Origin: Eledone cirrhosa
Taxonomy: Eukaryota
NCBI GenBank assembly: GCA_964016885.1
Contig: OZ024741.1
Span: 49,786,001 to 49,850,000 of the forward strand
Reading direction: 5' to 3'
DNA length: 64,000 bases
Shown here piece after piece: positions 27,416 to 40,109 of the stretch. Under the pieces are notes generated by a model that saw only the letters and a program-made list of their open reading frames with translations, was not told where the DNA came from and did not search any database. A program made the position numbers and the translations under genes. Each line of letters begins with the position of its first letter. The first letter of the stretch is position 1.

Positions 27416-29388
27416 GTAAGCAGAATTTTCATAAATTTTGATTTTTTTTTCGATTTTTTTCATTTCTTATCAGAGATAATCTTTCAACCAATATCAATCA
27501 CTAGAATAATAACCAGCCTTGCTGCATTTCACACATTTCTTTTGTAAGAAAATGATGATTGATTTTAAATCAGTGATATAATTTATGGAGAAAAAATAAA
27601 GGGAAAATGTTAAAAAAGTAGGGGCATTAACTAATAATTTTTGTTGTCATAATTCTAGTAATGTTTTACCATAGATAAAATGTCTAAATTAGCCAAATTT
27701 TACTATAAAAGAGAGGTACTTTTTTTGTTGATTTATATTTAACTAATAGAAAAACTCTGTGATAATAGAGGTTCCAATACTCAAGTTATGGGCTTTCAAA
27801 ATTTTCACTATAGGGGGTTTAACCCCCATTAGGGTGTCTTAATATTATTGAAATTTGCTAAAATTTTATGAATAGGCATCATATCTTGTCATTTACCTAT
27901 GGTTTAAATTTCATATAAATCGAAAGGAAAAAATTTTCAGAAGGGGTTTGTGCCCCCGGGGAATCCTTTCATTAAAATGAAATAAGGTACTCTGCTATAG
28001 AAGCGAGGTGCTTTTTTTGTTGATTTACATTTAATTAATAGAAAAACCCTATGATAAAAATGAACCCTTTGATTAAAATGAAATATACTTATCCAAGTAC
28101 CCTGGGCAATGTAGTTTCAGAATATATATAGTTATGGGGTCTATCTCCAAAACAATAGGAGGAGTTCGTGAACAAACAAACAGACAGGAACTACAACTTT
28201 ATTATATAAAATGAAAATTATTGTGTACAGTGCTCAGGTGCATTACAACTCATCAAAGGTCCATGAATAATATACAAATGTCAGGAAAGTGAACAGTGTG
28301 TGGGTCATGATATACACACAGATACATGCATGTGTGTGTATGGAGGGGTAATATTAGGTGTAGTGTTGGTGAATTTCAGGAAGTATGGAAGCTAATTTAT
28401 TGTAGGTTATTCTCTCTTTAACCCTTTAGTATTTCCATTACTCTATATTTACTGTTGTATTTTCACAGTAAACACTTTATTTCACATAACATCAGTATGA
28501 GCAGCTGGGTACGGCCAGTTTAAATGCTAAAGGGTTAAATATGTTTAGATCATTCTATATGTTTGGCTAAATATTAAATTCTTTATTATTTCTATGTAAT
28601 TTTATCCTAAATATTTATTGTCTGATTAAATAAAAGCACAATCTTTAAACAATATTTCAAGCTATCTATATCATCAGCAAATTTGATATATAATATATAT
28701 GTTTATGAAATAAACATGATTCTATGTCGTGTAACATTTTGCTGTCTGTAACACAGTCTAATGCATAGGAATCCTAAGAAGAAATTGTTCAATACATGGG
28801 GCAATTCCATCAGCAAAGGCACAGACCCTCATGAGAGACACATTCAGGCAACAAAAATCAAATGTGACCTCAACAGAGCATAGTTAGTCAACAACTCGAA
28901 TAAAGCCATGGAAAATATATCTCCTATGTGTGGTCATTAATTCTGTGATAGAATCACACACAGCAGCCATCTTTGGTCACAAAAGTCAATCAATGGAACA
29001 AAATCAAAGACATTATCTAACTATAATATTATAAGTATCGGTATAATATTAAGTATCGGTAGAGGGTCGGACGCCATGCTTTGACGCATAGAGTTACGGA
29101 CCTTGCCATTCTGAGTTCAAATCCCGTCGAGGTTAACTTTGCCTTTCATCCTTACGAGGGTCGATAAAATAAAGTACCAGTAATGCACTGGGTAGTTGCT
29201 GGCCTTGTGCCGAAAGAAGAAACAATTATCTAACTATAATATTCTATTATAGTTCAACTATATTATTAAATCTTAACAAAACTACTATATCCATATTTTT
29301 ATACCAAAGAAAAGTGCATATGGCTAGATTTGAAATTACAGACCTAGTCAATGAAGTACAGTTACTGTCCTACTGAGATGCAGATTCT

Positions 29389-29426
<38 letters not shown>

Positions 29427-30851
29427 AAGTTATGTTGGTGCCACAACATCCAGGCCGAAACAAATGAGATCGTGTAGGTGTCACGACAAAAAAAAAACAC
29501 ACAGTCCATGCTGTAATGTGGCCGTGTAGGCAACACGGTAAAAACCTGCCAGCCCCACACTGTAAATGTGGTTGGTGTTAGGAAGGGCATCCAGCTGTAG
29601 AAAACCCGCCAGACAGTCCACGCTGTAATGTGGCCGTGTAGGCAATACGGTAAAAACCTCCCAGCCCCACACTGTAAATGTGGTTGGTGTTAGGAAGGGC
29701 ATCCAGCTGTAGAAAACCCGCCAGACAGTCCTATGCGAGCAAGACAATCACTCTTGCCTCAAGTGGGAAAACCCCCGTCCCAACCCATGCAAGCGTGGAA
29801 CACGGACGTTAAACGATGATGATGATGATGATGATGATGATATCTGTTATATATATATAATATATATATGTATGTAATATATATATTATATCATCAATAT
29901 AAGCCCACATTCCATGCTGACATGAGTTGCACAGTTTGTCATGGTGTGAGACTAAACAGGCTGGAGAGAGCTCATATATTCCATATTTGGCATGGTTTCT
30001 ACAGCTTTCTAATGGCAACCCCTTTAGAGTGTACAAGGTGCATTTTATCAAGGCACCAGCACCAGAGATGTCAACATATACTTGGTCTGACTGAAGAGGC
30101 TTCTTTACCATGTATTGTCTTTATTCAATTACCAACCATTTTACAAAGAGTACCAGGTGCACTTCATCATCATGGCATTAATATTTTTTTTTTTTTTTTA
30201 TTATTTATCAATATTATTCCTTGTGGATTGGCAGTATCGGTAGAGAGTCGGACGCCATGCTTTCCAGCATAGTTACGTCCCTTTACGATCTGAGTTCAAA
30301 TCCCGCCGAGGTTGACTTTGCCTTTCATCCTTACAGGGTCGATAAAATAAAGTACCAGTAATACACTGGGTAATTGCTGGCCTTGTGCCTAAAAGTAGAA
30401 ACAATTATTCCTTTAGCATTTACATACTATTGTATTTTGGTGGTAAAGGCTTTACCTTACAAAATTATCTCACATAATACTGAATCTATGAGATTTTGAT
30501 GTTATTTACTTTGTGAACAATACCTTAATGTTAGTATGAGTGGCCAGTTGCGGCCGGTTTGAACAGAAAGAGGTAAGAGAATTCTGGCTGGATACGGCCA
30601 GTTTAGATGTTACAGTGTTAATATTGTTGTGTCTACAATAGATTATGTCTTAACTTTCATTCCATAGTTCATCAGTTAGTTGTTTCATCAATAATATAAA
30701 TGTTGGCGGAAAATAGAATATATCTTCAATTGTATTCCATAACGTATTAGATATATAAACCAGAGTAGAAGAATATTTTATATGATGAAATGGTTGTTAT
30801 TGAAATTTATGATTTCTATGAATTTTCACTATTTTTAAAAATTATTTTTAG

Positions 30852-30893
30852 GCTATAGCAGAAAACCATCGCATACTCAACAGAAGAAATCTG
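30852..30893 (+). CDS. PKD1L1: Micro-exon Y2, 42 nt ((S)YSRKPSHTQQKKS), paralog of Y1
   Basis: atttttag acceptor, G|gtatgt donor, phase 1-1; upstream intron homologous to that of Y1. Confidence 0.72.
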
Positions 30894-31229
30894 GTATGTT
30901 TATTTTTTGACTTTGTTGAGAAGCAGTTGATTGGAGCATTGTACAAAATACTTTGCAGTTTCTAGTTATGTCTCTTTATGTTCTGAGTTCAAATCCTGCT
31001 GAGCTCAACATTACCTTTCATCCTATTCAGATCGATAGAATAAAATACGAGTAAAGTAATAGGGTTGATACAATTGACTGTCCCCTCCCCTGTAAATTGC
31101 TGCCATTGAACGCAAATTAGAAACTTAGTTATCTGCATTGTGGCAACTTTACTTTCAAATTTCCCAATGCTATATAAGTCAACCAATCTTGTTTGCTCTT
31201 TTAACTACACACTTAAATATTTATTAGAT

Positions 31230-31971
31230 GAAAAATGCTTGTTCAAACTACACGTTTTCCCCTTCAAAATAATCCCTCTTGTGTCTAATTCACTCTCCCA
31301 GCCTTCTTTACCATGCCTCTATGCACTCCTAATAGGATTCTCCACAGCTCCATCTTCATGGCCCTCTTGATGGCTTACATGTTCAGAAAAGTGGTTGTAC
31401 TTGAAGATCCATGACTCATCACTGGTGATAACTCTCCCCAGCAAGTCTGGTTCAGTTTCAAGAACCAGACTTGCTGGAGAAAGTCATCCTGCAGACACTG
31501 ATCATTTTTCAGCAGCTTCAGCACCATCTTTGTGCAGATCTTCCACATACCAAAATCTTAAGTGATAATTTTCCAAACACTATCGCGGTTCATGCTTGTG
31601 ATCAGCCGAACAGTCAGCCAATGATAGCCATGCACCACCTACCTCACATGCTCAACATTGACCTCAGTCCTTCCGCTCCTAGGATCATCTTCCACCTTTT
31701 GTGCCACTCAAAAACCCGTGAGCATGACATTGTCTCATCTACGTACACTTGCTGCATTATTCCGAGTGCTTCTGACAGTTTTCCCCAGCTGGATCAGAAA
31801 CATCAGGTTGATTCGTTGCTCTGTGCCCATTACTCAATGGCCTAAAATTGAGATGTTAACAAAAGCATGTGAAAAAATCATACAATGGCTGCAGAGAGTT
31901 GAGATCACAGTTATATACTCCCCAGATATTACAGGACACTAAGTTCAGTTACTTTTCTGACACACCTTGTA
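31230..31971 (-). mobile_element. Probable decayed mariner-like transposon remnant
   Basis: Ends in agttacttttctgacacaccttgta, resembling a mariner TIR plus TA; higher-GC interior; no intact ORF. Confidence 0.4.
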
Positions 31972-32200
31972 TAATGTGTATTGGATGTCCAAACACTTTA
32001 AACCAAAACCAAGGGATCAACATTATTTGTATTTAATCAAAACAGGTGAAAAAAATAATGAGGATTCAAGTCTGTATGAAGTCTGAACATTTTCAATTAA
32101 TCACTAGGGTTGTTCTGTTTTCTACTTGAAAATAAAGCTATTCTATTTGTTACTCTTTGTTTACAACTGAAATCTACTTTACTAATGTTATTGTTTTCAG

Positions 32201-32386
32201 ATCCAATTGCATCTGCTAAGAGCAAGCCACACATTGAGGAACATATTGTTAGAAAATCACGTCGGGAAGTTGTGTTAAGCAACAATGATACTTTAAGTAT
32301 GATGAGTGCTCAGTCTCTTGTTATTAAACCAGGTGTGCTGTCTCAGGGACGAGACTACTTCATCAGTGTAAATGTCTCAAAAAAAG
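32201..32386 (+). CDS. PKD1L1: Exon I, end of insert and return to REJ (PIASAKSKPHIEEHIVRKSRREVVL...SLVIKPGVLSQGRDYFISVNVSKK)
   Basis: ttttcag acceptor, gttggt donor, 186 nt, phase 1-1. Confidence 0.88.
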
Positions 32387-34444
32387 GTTGGTAGTTGGTT
32401 GTCCTTTAACATTTTTTTAAGCTGCTATTTCTAAAATCAAAACAGATACTTAATTTCCAAATTTACAAGCAGATGAGAACTGATGAGAGTGAAGATGTGT
32501 GTGTGTGTAAACTTGTCTTGTACATCACCTTCCTTTATTTCCTTCTTCCAGTCACTTCTATGCTACAACACACTTCTCTTTGTCCTTCTCTTTCATTCTT
32601 TCTATATTTCATCAGCCTGTCACCCACTTCATGGATTGTCTCTCTGCTGATCACTGGCCTTTGAGGCATTTTCACCCATCGCTGTCATTGACAGCATTTG
32701 GCTGTTTTAACAGCTGTTCTAGTAATGAGTTTTCTCATTTTTATATGAACTAGGATTTGTTTTCAACATGCTGACATGTATGTGCATATGTTTGTGAGTG
32801 TGTGTATGTGTATATGCATACATTTATATGTATGAGTATATAAATATAAACGTAAACAGACACACTTACAAAAATACACACTCACAGACATACATTCACA
32901 CACAAGCACACATACATTTACATAAACACACACATACACACAGCATAGGAAATGGAATGCCAGCCACTGTTTTGCTATAGTTTTTCACCATCCCCTTCCT
33001 TCTTTTTACACGCACATACATTCACATAAACACACACACACATTGTGTGACAGACGGATTTCGCTCAAATTTATATATAGATTATATGTGTGTACAAACT
33101 TTAAAACATTATTACACATAGGATGGTGAATTGGCAGTATTGGTAAAGGGTTGAACGCCATGCTTTCTAGCATAGTTACGTCCCTTTACGGTCTGAGTTC
33201 AAATCCCACCGAGGTTAACTTGGCCTTTCATCCTTACGGGGTTGATAAAATAAAGTACTAGTAATGTACTGGGTAATTGCTGGCCTTCTTCAAAAGTAGA
33301 AACAATTATTACACATTGGGTTGGATTACCATTGTTTCTCATCTTAATCTGTAATTGATGTGAAAATCACAACATGGTTCCATCAGACTTGCTACATTTT
33401 GAATAGAGCTGTACAATTGCCTATCCTAAATTGGAGTACTTGGACATGTTTTCAAGAGTAGTAAATAATCGATGCTGTGGCAATAAACTTGTCATTCTAT
33501 ATCAGGGAGTTGTTTGAAGGTTAGAAGATGTGTATAGTGGGGATATTTTAGAAGTTTGTATAGCAAATTATAGATGTATGTGAGGAGGTATCAATCAGTC
33601 TTGGGATGGCTGGTTATTTGGCAAATTTCCAGCATTTCGGAATATATTTGCAGAAATGTAGGTGCCACGGCAAAAAAGCACCCAGCACTCACTGTAAATG
33701 AAGTTGGTGTTAGGAAGGGCATCCAGCTGTAGAAATCAAGCCAGAATCAGTTCCCGTCCCACCCTTGCAAGCAGGGAAAAAGCGGACGTAAAATGAAATG
33801 ATGAAATGATGTGAATGTCTGGCTCTTCGAGTTGAGATAGTCATTGTTAAAGGATTAGTGAATGTCAGCTTTAGGTTTCTCAACAAGCCTCTATTTGATA
33901 TTATAGAATTATTTCCTGTCTCTCAAAGCTTAAGTGTAGTTTGCTAATGCTGTGCAGGCTCTCATATTTTTATGGTTTAAGGATGAAATATGAAAACAGT
34001 TAATTACTCTCACATCTCATCCTTTAAGCATGCAGATATGAGAACCTACTCAGTTTTAGTAAACCATGTATGGGCCTTGAAAGACAAGAAATGACACTAT
34101 AGTATAAATGGAGGGAGCCTGAGAAACCTTTAAACTGCATTAATAGATCCAGGTGCAGTGCAGGCTTAGAGGGGAAGGAGCTGAGAATCCTAAAGCCTGC
34201 AGTAACTGATCTAGATGCAGGCTTGGAGGGGGCCTGAGGAACCTAAAACCTCCAGATGTAGGCGTTGCATGACTGCAATGACACTAAACTTAACTATAAG
34301 AGTGAAATATTTACATCTTGCCCTCAAGTCAAAAATACATTCTTGCATGCTGGAAAACACAACCTCTGGACCCCCACCCCTCCTCAGCTGATTGATCCAT
34401 TGTGGATTGACACAGTCTCTGTCTTTCAAAGGGAAACAACCCAT

Positions 34445-34494
<50 letters not shown>

Positions 34495-35442
34495 CCTGAC
34501 AAGGTTGTTGCCCCTGCATTAACTCTTTCTCTTGCAAACATACTGGGTTTGATGAAATGTATTCTCAACCATGATGGAATTTGAACAGTAATTAAGGCAT
34601 GATTAACACAAAATATCAATGGTAACCCAATTAATTGTTGTGTAATACTGCTATAAAGAAACTATATTGTTCATTTAAGAAAATTAACAAATAAAGGACA
34701 ACGAACGGAAGCAAAAACCAAGAAACAATTTAATATGGGGGAACCTCAAAAAATTATTTAAAAAAAAATAAAAATATAAACGAAGGACACAGAACTCCAT
34801 GGTCATCGGCCGTTTTAATTGGTATAGAGCTCTCTTTACATCTATTGAATATAACAGTAGACACGTGTGTACATCATCATCATCACCGTTTAACATCCAT
34901 TTTCCATGCTTGCATGGGTTAGATGAGTCATCCACGTCGAGAGACAAGTCTGGCCAGAATTGGCCATGCTGTACCTTGCTCCAATGAGACTGAATTTTGC
35001 CGCGATTTTTACAACTGGATGACCTTTTTAACATCAACCACATTTACAGTGTGGAACTGGATGGCACTGTTATGAGGAGGGACAGGCCAGCTGCATATAT
35101 ATATCATCATCATCACCATTTAACATCCATTTTTCCATGCTAGCATGGATTAGAGGAGTTGTCTTGTGAGCAATGCCAGGTCAGGTGATCATGTCTTGCT
35201 CATACAGAACTGGATGCCCACCTCATTTACAGTAAGTACAAGGTGCTTTTTGTCATGATGCCTACACAACCATTTTATAGTGTGGGCGGGGTGCTTTTTG
35301 TCATGATGCCTACATTACCATTTTACAGTGAGGGCTGGGTGCTTTTTGTTATGACACCTACATGACCACTTTACAGTGTGGGCTGTGTGCTTTTTGCCAT
35401 GATAATATATATGATATATATAAATATATATATATATATATA

Positions 35443-35935
35443 CCACTATTGGCCGCTAAAGGGTTCTCTATAAAAATGAAAGGCAGGTTGTATGATGCCT
35501 GCATACGAACAGCAATGTTACATGGCAGTGAGACCTGGGCATTGTGTGCAGAGGATATACGCAGACTGGAGAGAAACGAAGCTTGCATGCTCCATTGGAT
35601 GTGTAATAGTAATATACGTGAACAGCAAAGCATAAACAAACTAAGGGAGAAATTAGAAATAAGAGGGATCAGATGTTGTTTACTCGAGAGAAGACTACGT
35701 TGGTATGGTCACGTGATGCGCATGAAAGACGACAGCTGTATAAAAAAGTGTAGGGCAATAAAAATAGACGGTAGCCACGGAGTAGGCAGACCCAGAAAAA
35801 CCTGGGACGACTTGATAAATTCCGACCTCACACACTTACACCTCTCCAAGACAATGTCACTGGACCGAGATCTTTGGCGCTACACAGTAATAGAGAAGAC
35901 CCGCCTTACCTAAATACAAAGTAAAAACCTACTAC
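35443..35935 (+). mobile_element. RTE-clade LINE 3' fragment
   Basis: KGRLYDACIRTAMLHGSETW...RRLRWYGHVMRM...GRPRKTW. Confidence 0.85.
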
Positions 35936-36633
35936 AGTCAGTAGGCACCTCTAACAAAATACACCCCCGTCCCACTACCCCCACCCCATCCACACCACCC
36001 CTTTCAATGTAAAGTTATGTTGGTACCACAACATCCAGGCCGAAACAAATGAGATCGTGTAGGTGTCACAAAAAAAATACAGTCCACGCTATAATGTGGC
36101 CGTGTAGGCAACACGGTAAAAACCTCCCAGACCCACACTGTAAATGTGGTTGGTGTTAGGAAGGGCATCCAGCCGTAGATAACCCGCCAGACAGTCCTAT
36201 GCGAGCAAGACAACCACTCTTGCCTCAAGTGGGAAAACTCCCGTCCAAACCCATGCAAGCGTGGAATATGGACGTTAAACGATGATGATGATGATGATGA
36301 TGATGATATCGACCACACCACCCTCTCTCTGTAAAATTATGTTGGTATCACAGAACATGCAGCCCACACTAAAGTGGTTATGTAGGTGTCACTACAAAAA
36401 GCACCTGGCACACACTGTAGATGTGGTTGGCGCTAGGAAGGGCATCCAGCTGTAGAAAACCAGCCAGAAACTGTCCTATACGAGCGAGATACGGTCACCA
36501 GACCAACTTCCCTCAAGTGGGACAAACCTGTCTAACTCATGCTAGCGTGGAAGATAGGTGTTAAATGATGATGATTATATATATATATATATATTAATTT
36601 ATGTTCATATCGAGTTCTCTTTCACTTTTTCAG

Positions 36634-36785
36634 ACAATAACACAGAGAAGGGTACATATGGCATTGCAATAGCTCATTTCCATATTAATGAGAGCCCTTA
36701 CTTAGGCAGCTGCAATATCAAGCCAGTACAAGGGATAGAAATGAAAACATCATTCAGTGCATTCTGTTATGAATGGAAAGATGAA
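36634..36785 (+). CDS. PKD1L1: Exon J, REJ (NNTEKGTYGIAIAHFHINESPYLGSCNIKPVQGIEMKTSFSAFCYEWKDE)
   Basis: tttttcag acceptor, gtaagt donor, phase 1-0; GxCxxxPxxG..T.F...C..W.D REJ pattern. Confidence 0.92.
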
Positions 36786-36928
36786 GTAAGTATTTCTGTG
36801 CTTCAACTTATTCTTACATACATCAACACCATTTAATCTATGAAGCTTAACTTCCTAAACTTTAATGACTACCAATTCCTGAAATTTTGTGTTGCAAACA
36901 TTTTCTTTTTTTTCTAAATCTATTTTAG

Positions 36929-37058
36929 CACCAGCCATTGATTTATGAGGTTAGTTATAATTTAGAAAAGAACCAAAGGAAGAAATTGCTTTATCGTGGT
37001 CTTAATGCCACTTTGAATTTTATGTTACCAGCAGGAAAACCAGAAAATGATTATAAAG
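36929..37058 (+). CDS. PKD1L1: Exon K, REJ (HQPLIYEVSYNL...LLYRGLNATLNFMLPAGKPENDYK)
   Basis: attttag acceptor, gtatgt donor, phase 0-1; PLxY and LPAG motifs. Confidence 0.92.
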
Positions 37059-37942
37059 GTATGTAAAACCTCTTTGTTATGAAATAAAATAATGAAAATT
37101 ATTGTGTTCAGTGTTTGGGTGCACTACAACTCATGAAAGGTGCATGTGTTGTACATAGAATAATGTACAGATGTCAGGAAAGTGAACAGTGTATGAGTCA
37201 TGATATACACACAGACACACAGACACATGTGTATGGAGGGGGGAATATCAGGTGAAGTGTTGACAAATTTTGGGAAGCATGGAAGTTTTGAAGGCTGCAG
37301 TGTCCTGACAGCTAATAACTGGTGCAGGTAGTTTGTTCCATGCTTCAGCAACTCTGAAAAAATGTTTCTGAAAGTCATGGAAGCTGTACTGTTTTCTTAT
37401 TTTGTATTCTCTAACACAATATTAAATGTGTGTGTTTGTGCACATTTGATCATTTAAAAAATTGGTTAATTCAAAAATACCAAACACAGATAATGCACAT
37501 CTCTGAAACAGTTTTCACAGCACTTCCTCCTCCTCCTCATCATCATTTAATGTCTATTTTTCAAAGCTAGCACGGGTAAGACAAGTCAGATTAGATGACT
37601 GTGTCTTGCTCACACAGAACTATTTCTGGCTAAGTTTCTACAGCTGGATGCCCTTCCTAACACCAACCACATTTACAGTGTGAACTGGATGTCTTTTATC
37701 ATGGCACCTATGAGACCACTTTATAGTTGTGGGCTGGGTGCTTTTTGTCGAGACACCTACACAACCACTTTACAGTGTGGACTGGGTGCTTTTTATCGTG
37801 ACACCTACACAATCACTTTACAGTTTGGGCTGGGTGCTTTTTATTGTGACACCTACAAATTCATTTAAATTCCTTCACATTATTTGACATTTTCTGTTGT
37901 ATAATGCCATATATCAATACAGATTTTATATTTTCTTTTCAG

Positions 37943-38045
37943 TCAATGTATACATTGCTGTTGTGGACAACTTGGGAGCTCGAACATCTGTTTGTTTCAT
38001 ACCTATCACTGTCACACCAATTGACAGTGGTGCAGATGATGATCT
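37943..38045 (+). CDS. PKD1L1: Exon L, end of REJ (VNVYIAVVDNLGARTSVCFIPITVTPIDSGADDDL)
   Basis: ttttcag acceptor, gtaagt donor, phase 1-2. Confidence 0.9.
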
Positions 38046-38729
38046 GTAAGTATAAAAATGTCTCGATTCTTTCCTCTTTAACCCTTTTCCTACCATATTT
38101 CTACTGAAACACATTGTCTTTAATTTTCAAATAATTTTGAAAATAATCAAGAATTTGGAGCGACTCTTAAAATCTCAAACTTTTCTATTAACCTTTTATC
38201 ATTTAAAGCAGTGTATCTGACTAGAATTCTCTCACCTCTTTCTGTTCAAACTGGCTATAACCAGCCACTATACCAACATTAAGATATTGTTCTTAAAATA
38301 AATAACATCATCAGAATCTCGTAGATTTGATATTATGTGAGATAAAGCCTTTACCACAAAAATACAATTGTAATGTAAATACGAAAGGATCAAGCTAGTT
38401 TCAAAACATAACTAAACAAAGGATTGTATATGAATTTATGATGGGAAGTTTTAGATAAGTATAAAGATTTTAAATGAAAGTTTCATATCATAATACCAGG
38501 AACAGTTTTGGATGGTTTGGTAACATAGTGGTTAAATAAATGAGCTCTTTATTGTCTTACATTATTTATCATTATTAGATAGATGGGATGATCTCAGCTT
38601 TATAGTATGAAATTGTGTACAGTGCTCAGGTGCACTACAACTCATCAAAGATGCATGTATAGTGAACATGAAAGTGAACAGTGTATAAGTCATGAAAGTG
38701 AACAGTGTATAAGTCATGATATATAAAAA

Positions 38730-39886
38730 AAAGGGTGGCTGCACATCACCTGTCAACTATCGTCCAGTCAGTCTTACGAACTGCATTGTCAAACTGATGG
38801 AATCCTGTGTCAGAGAAACACTTTGGAACTTCTGGAACTCTCACAGTCTTATCCGGCCCTCGCAATTTGGATTTATCCCTAACTCCAGCTGCTGTGATCA
38901 ACTTATCGAGCTTCTTGAAGACATCACCCAGATCACTGATGGCGGCTCAATTTTGCGCCACACAAAAGACTTATGGCAAAACTCTCTGCAATGGATGTGA
39001 AGGATGATCTTTTTAACTGGTTGAAGTCCTTCACTCTCAGTCGAAAAGAGGTAGTCATGGACTGGCAACTCATGTTGGCTGTGGACAAGTGTACCACCAT
39101 GCATTTTGGGAGGAAAAACCCAGCATCCACATACTCCCTCCACAACACTAATATCAAGAAGTCTTCTTGTGAACAAGACCTGGGCATTACTGTCAGCAGC
39201 AATTTGCATTGGACGAAGGCCAAGGGTGTCTTAGCAAGACCTTTGTCAGCCGCTCTCCAGCTATCTATTTAAAGCTGTATATAGCTATGGTGCGGCCACA
39301 CTTAGAATTTACTTCACCAGTCTGGAACCCCTATCTTGCTCAGAACATTGACCACCTGGAAACTGTTCAGAGACGTGTAACCAAGCGAATACCCTCCATC
39401 AGGCATCTACCATACTCTGAATGCCTTGCTTCCCTGGGCATGGATACATTGACGCTCCGACATCTGGCAACTGACTTGGTAAACACACACAAAATTATTA
39501 ACCATCTTGCCAACAACAACCCTGAGCACCTTTTTGATTTCCATGTGTCTAACACACGTGGGCATGCGTACAAAGTCAGAAAACAGCACAGCTTCCATGA
39601 CTTTCGGAAACAGTTTTTCACGCTTTGAGTTGCTGAAGCATGGAACAAACTCCCTGCATCAGTTGTTAGCTGTCGAGACACTGCATCCTTTAAAACCTCC
39701 ATGCTTCCTGAAATTCGCCAACACTACACCTAATACTCCCCTTCCATACACACGCACACATGTATATCATGACTTATACACTGTTCCTTTTCCTGACGTT
39801 TGTACATTATTCGATGTACTATACATGCACCTTTGATGAGTTGTAGTGCACCTGAGCACTGTACACAATAATTTCATTATTATTAT
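38730..39886 (+). mobile_element. Decayed CR1-group LINE (RT and 3' end)
   Basis: NYRPVSLTNCIVKLME, SQFGF, LYIAMVRPHLEF..VWNPY..LETVQRRVTKRI in shifted frames; (ATT)n tail. Confidence 0.88.
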
Positions 39887-40109
39887 ACACACAGACACAC
39901 ACACACACATGCATGCATGTGTATGGAGAGGGAATATCAGGTGTTGTGTTGGCAAATTTCAGGAAGCATGGAAGTTTTGAAGGATGTAGTGTCCCGACAC
40001 CTAACAACTAATGCAGGTAGTTTGTTCCATGCTTCAGCAACTCTGAGCATCGAAAAGTGTTTCCGAAAGTCATGGGAGCTGTGCTGTTTTCTGATTTTGT
40101 AAGCCTATA

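Noticed and set aside
32046-32069. Possible sixth micro-exon (GEKNNEDS)
   Set aside because: Phase 1-1 needs a weak gtctgt donor and the acceptor lacks a pyrimidine tract; unsupported without RNA data.
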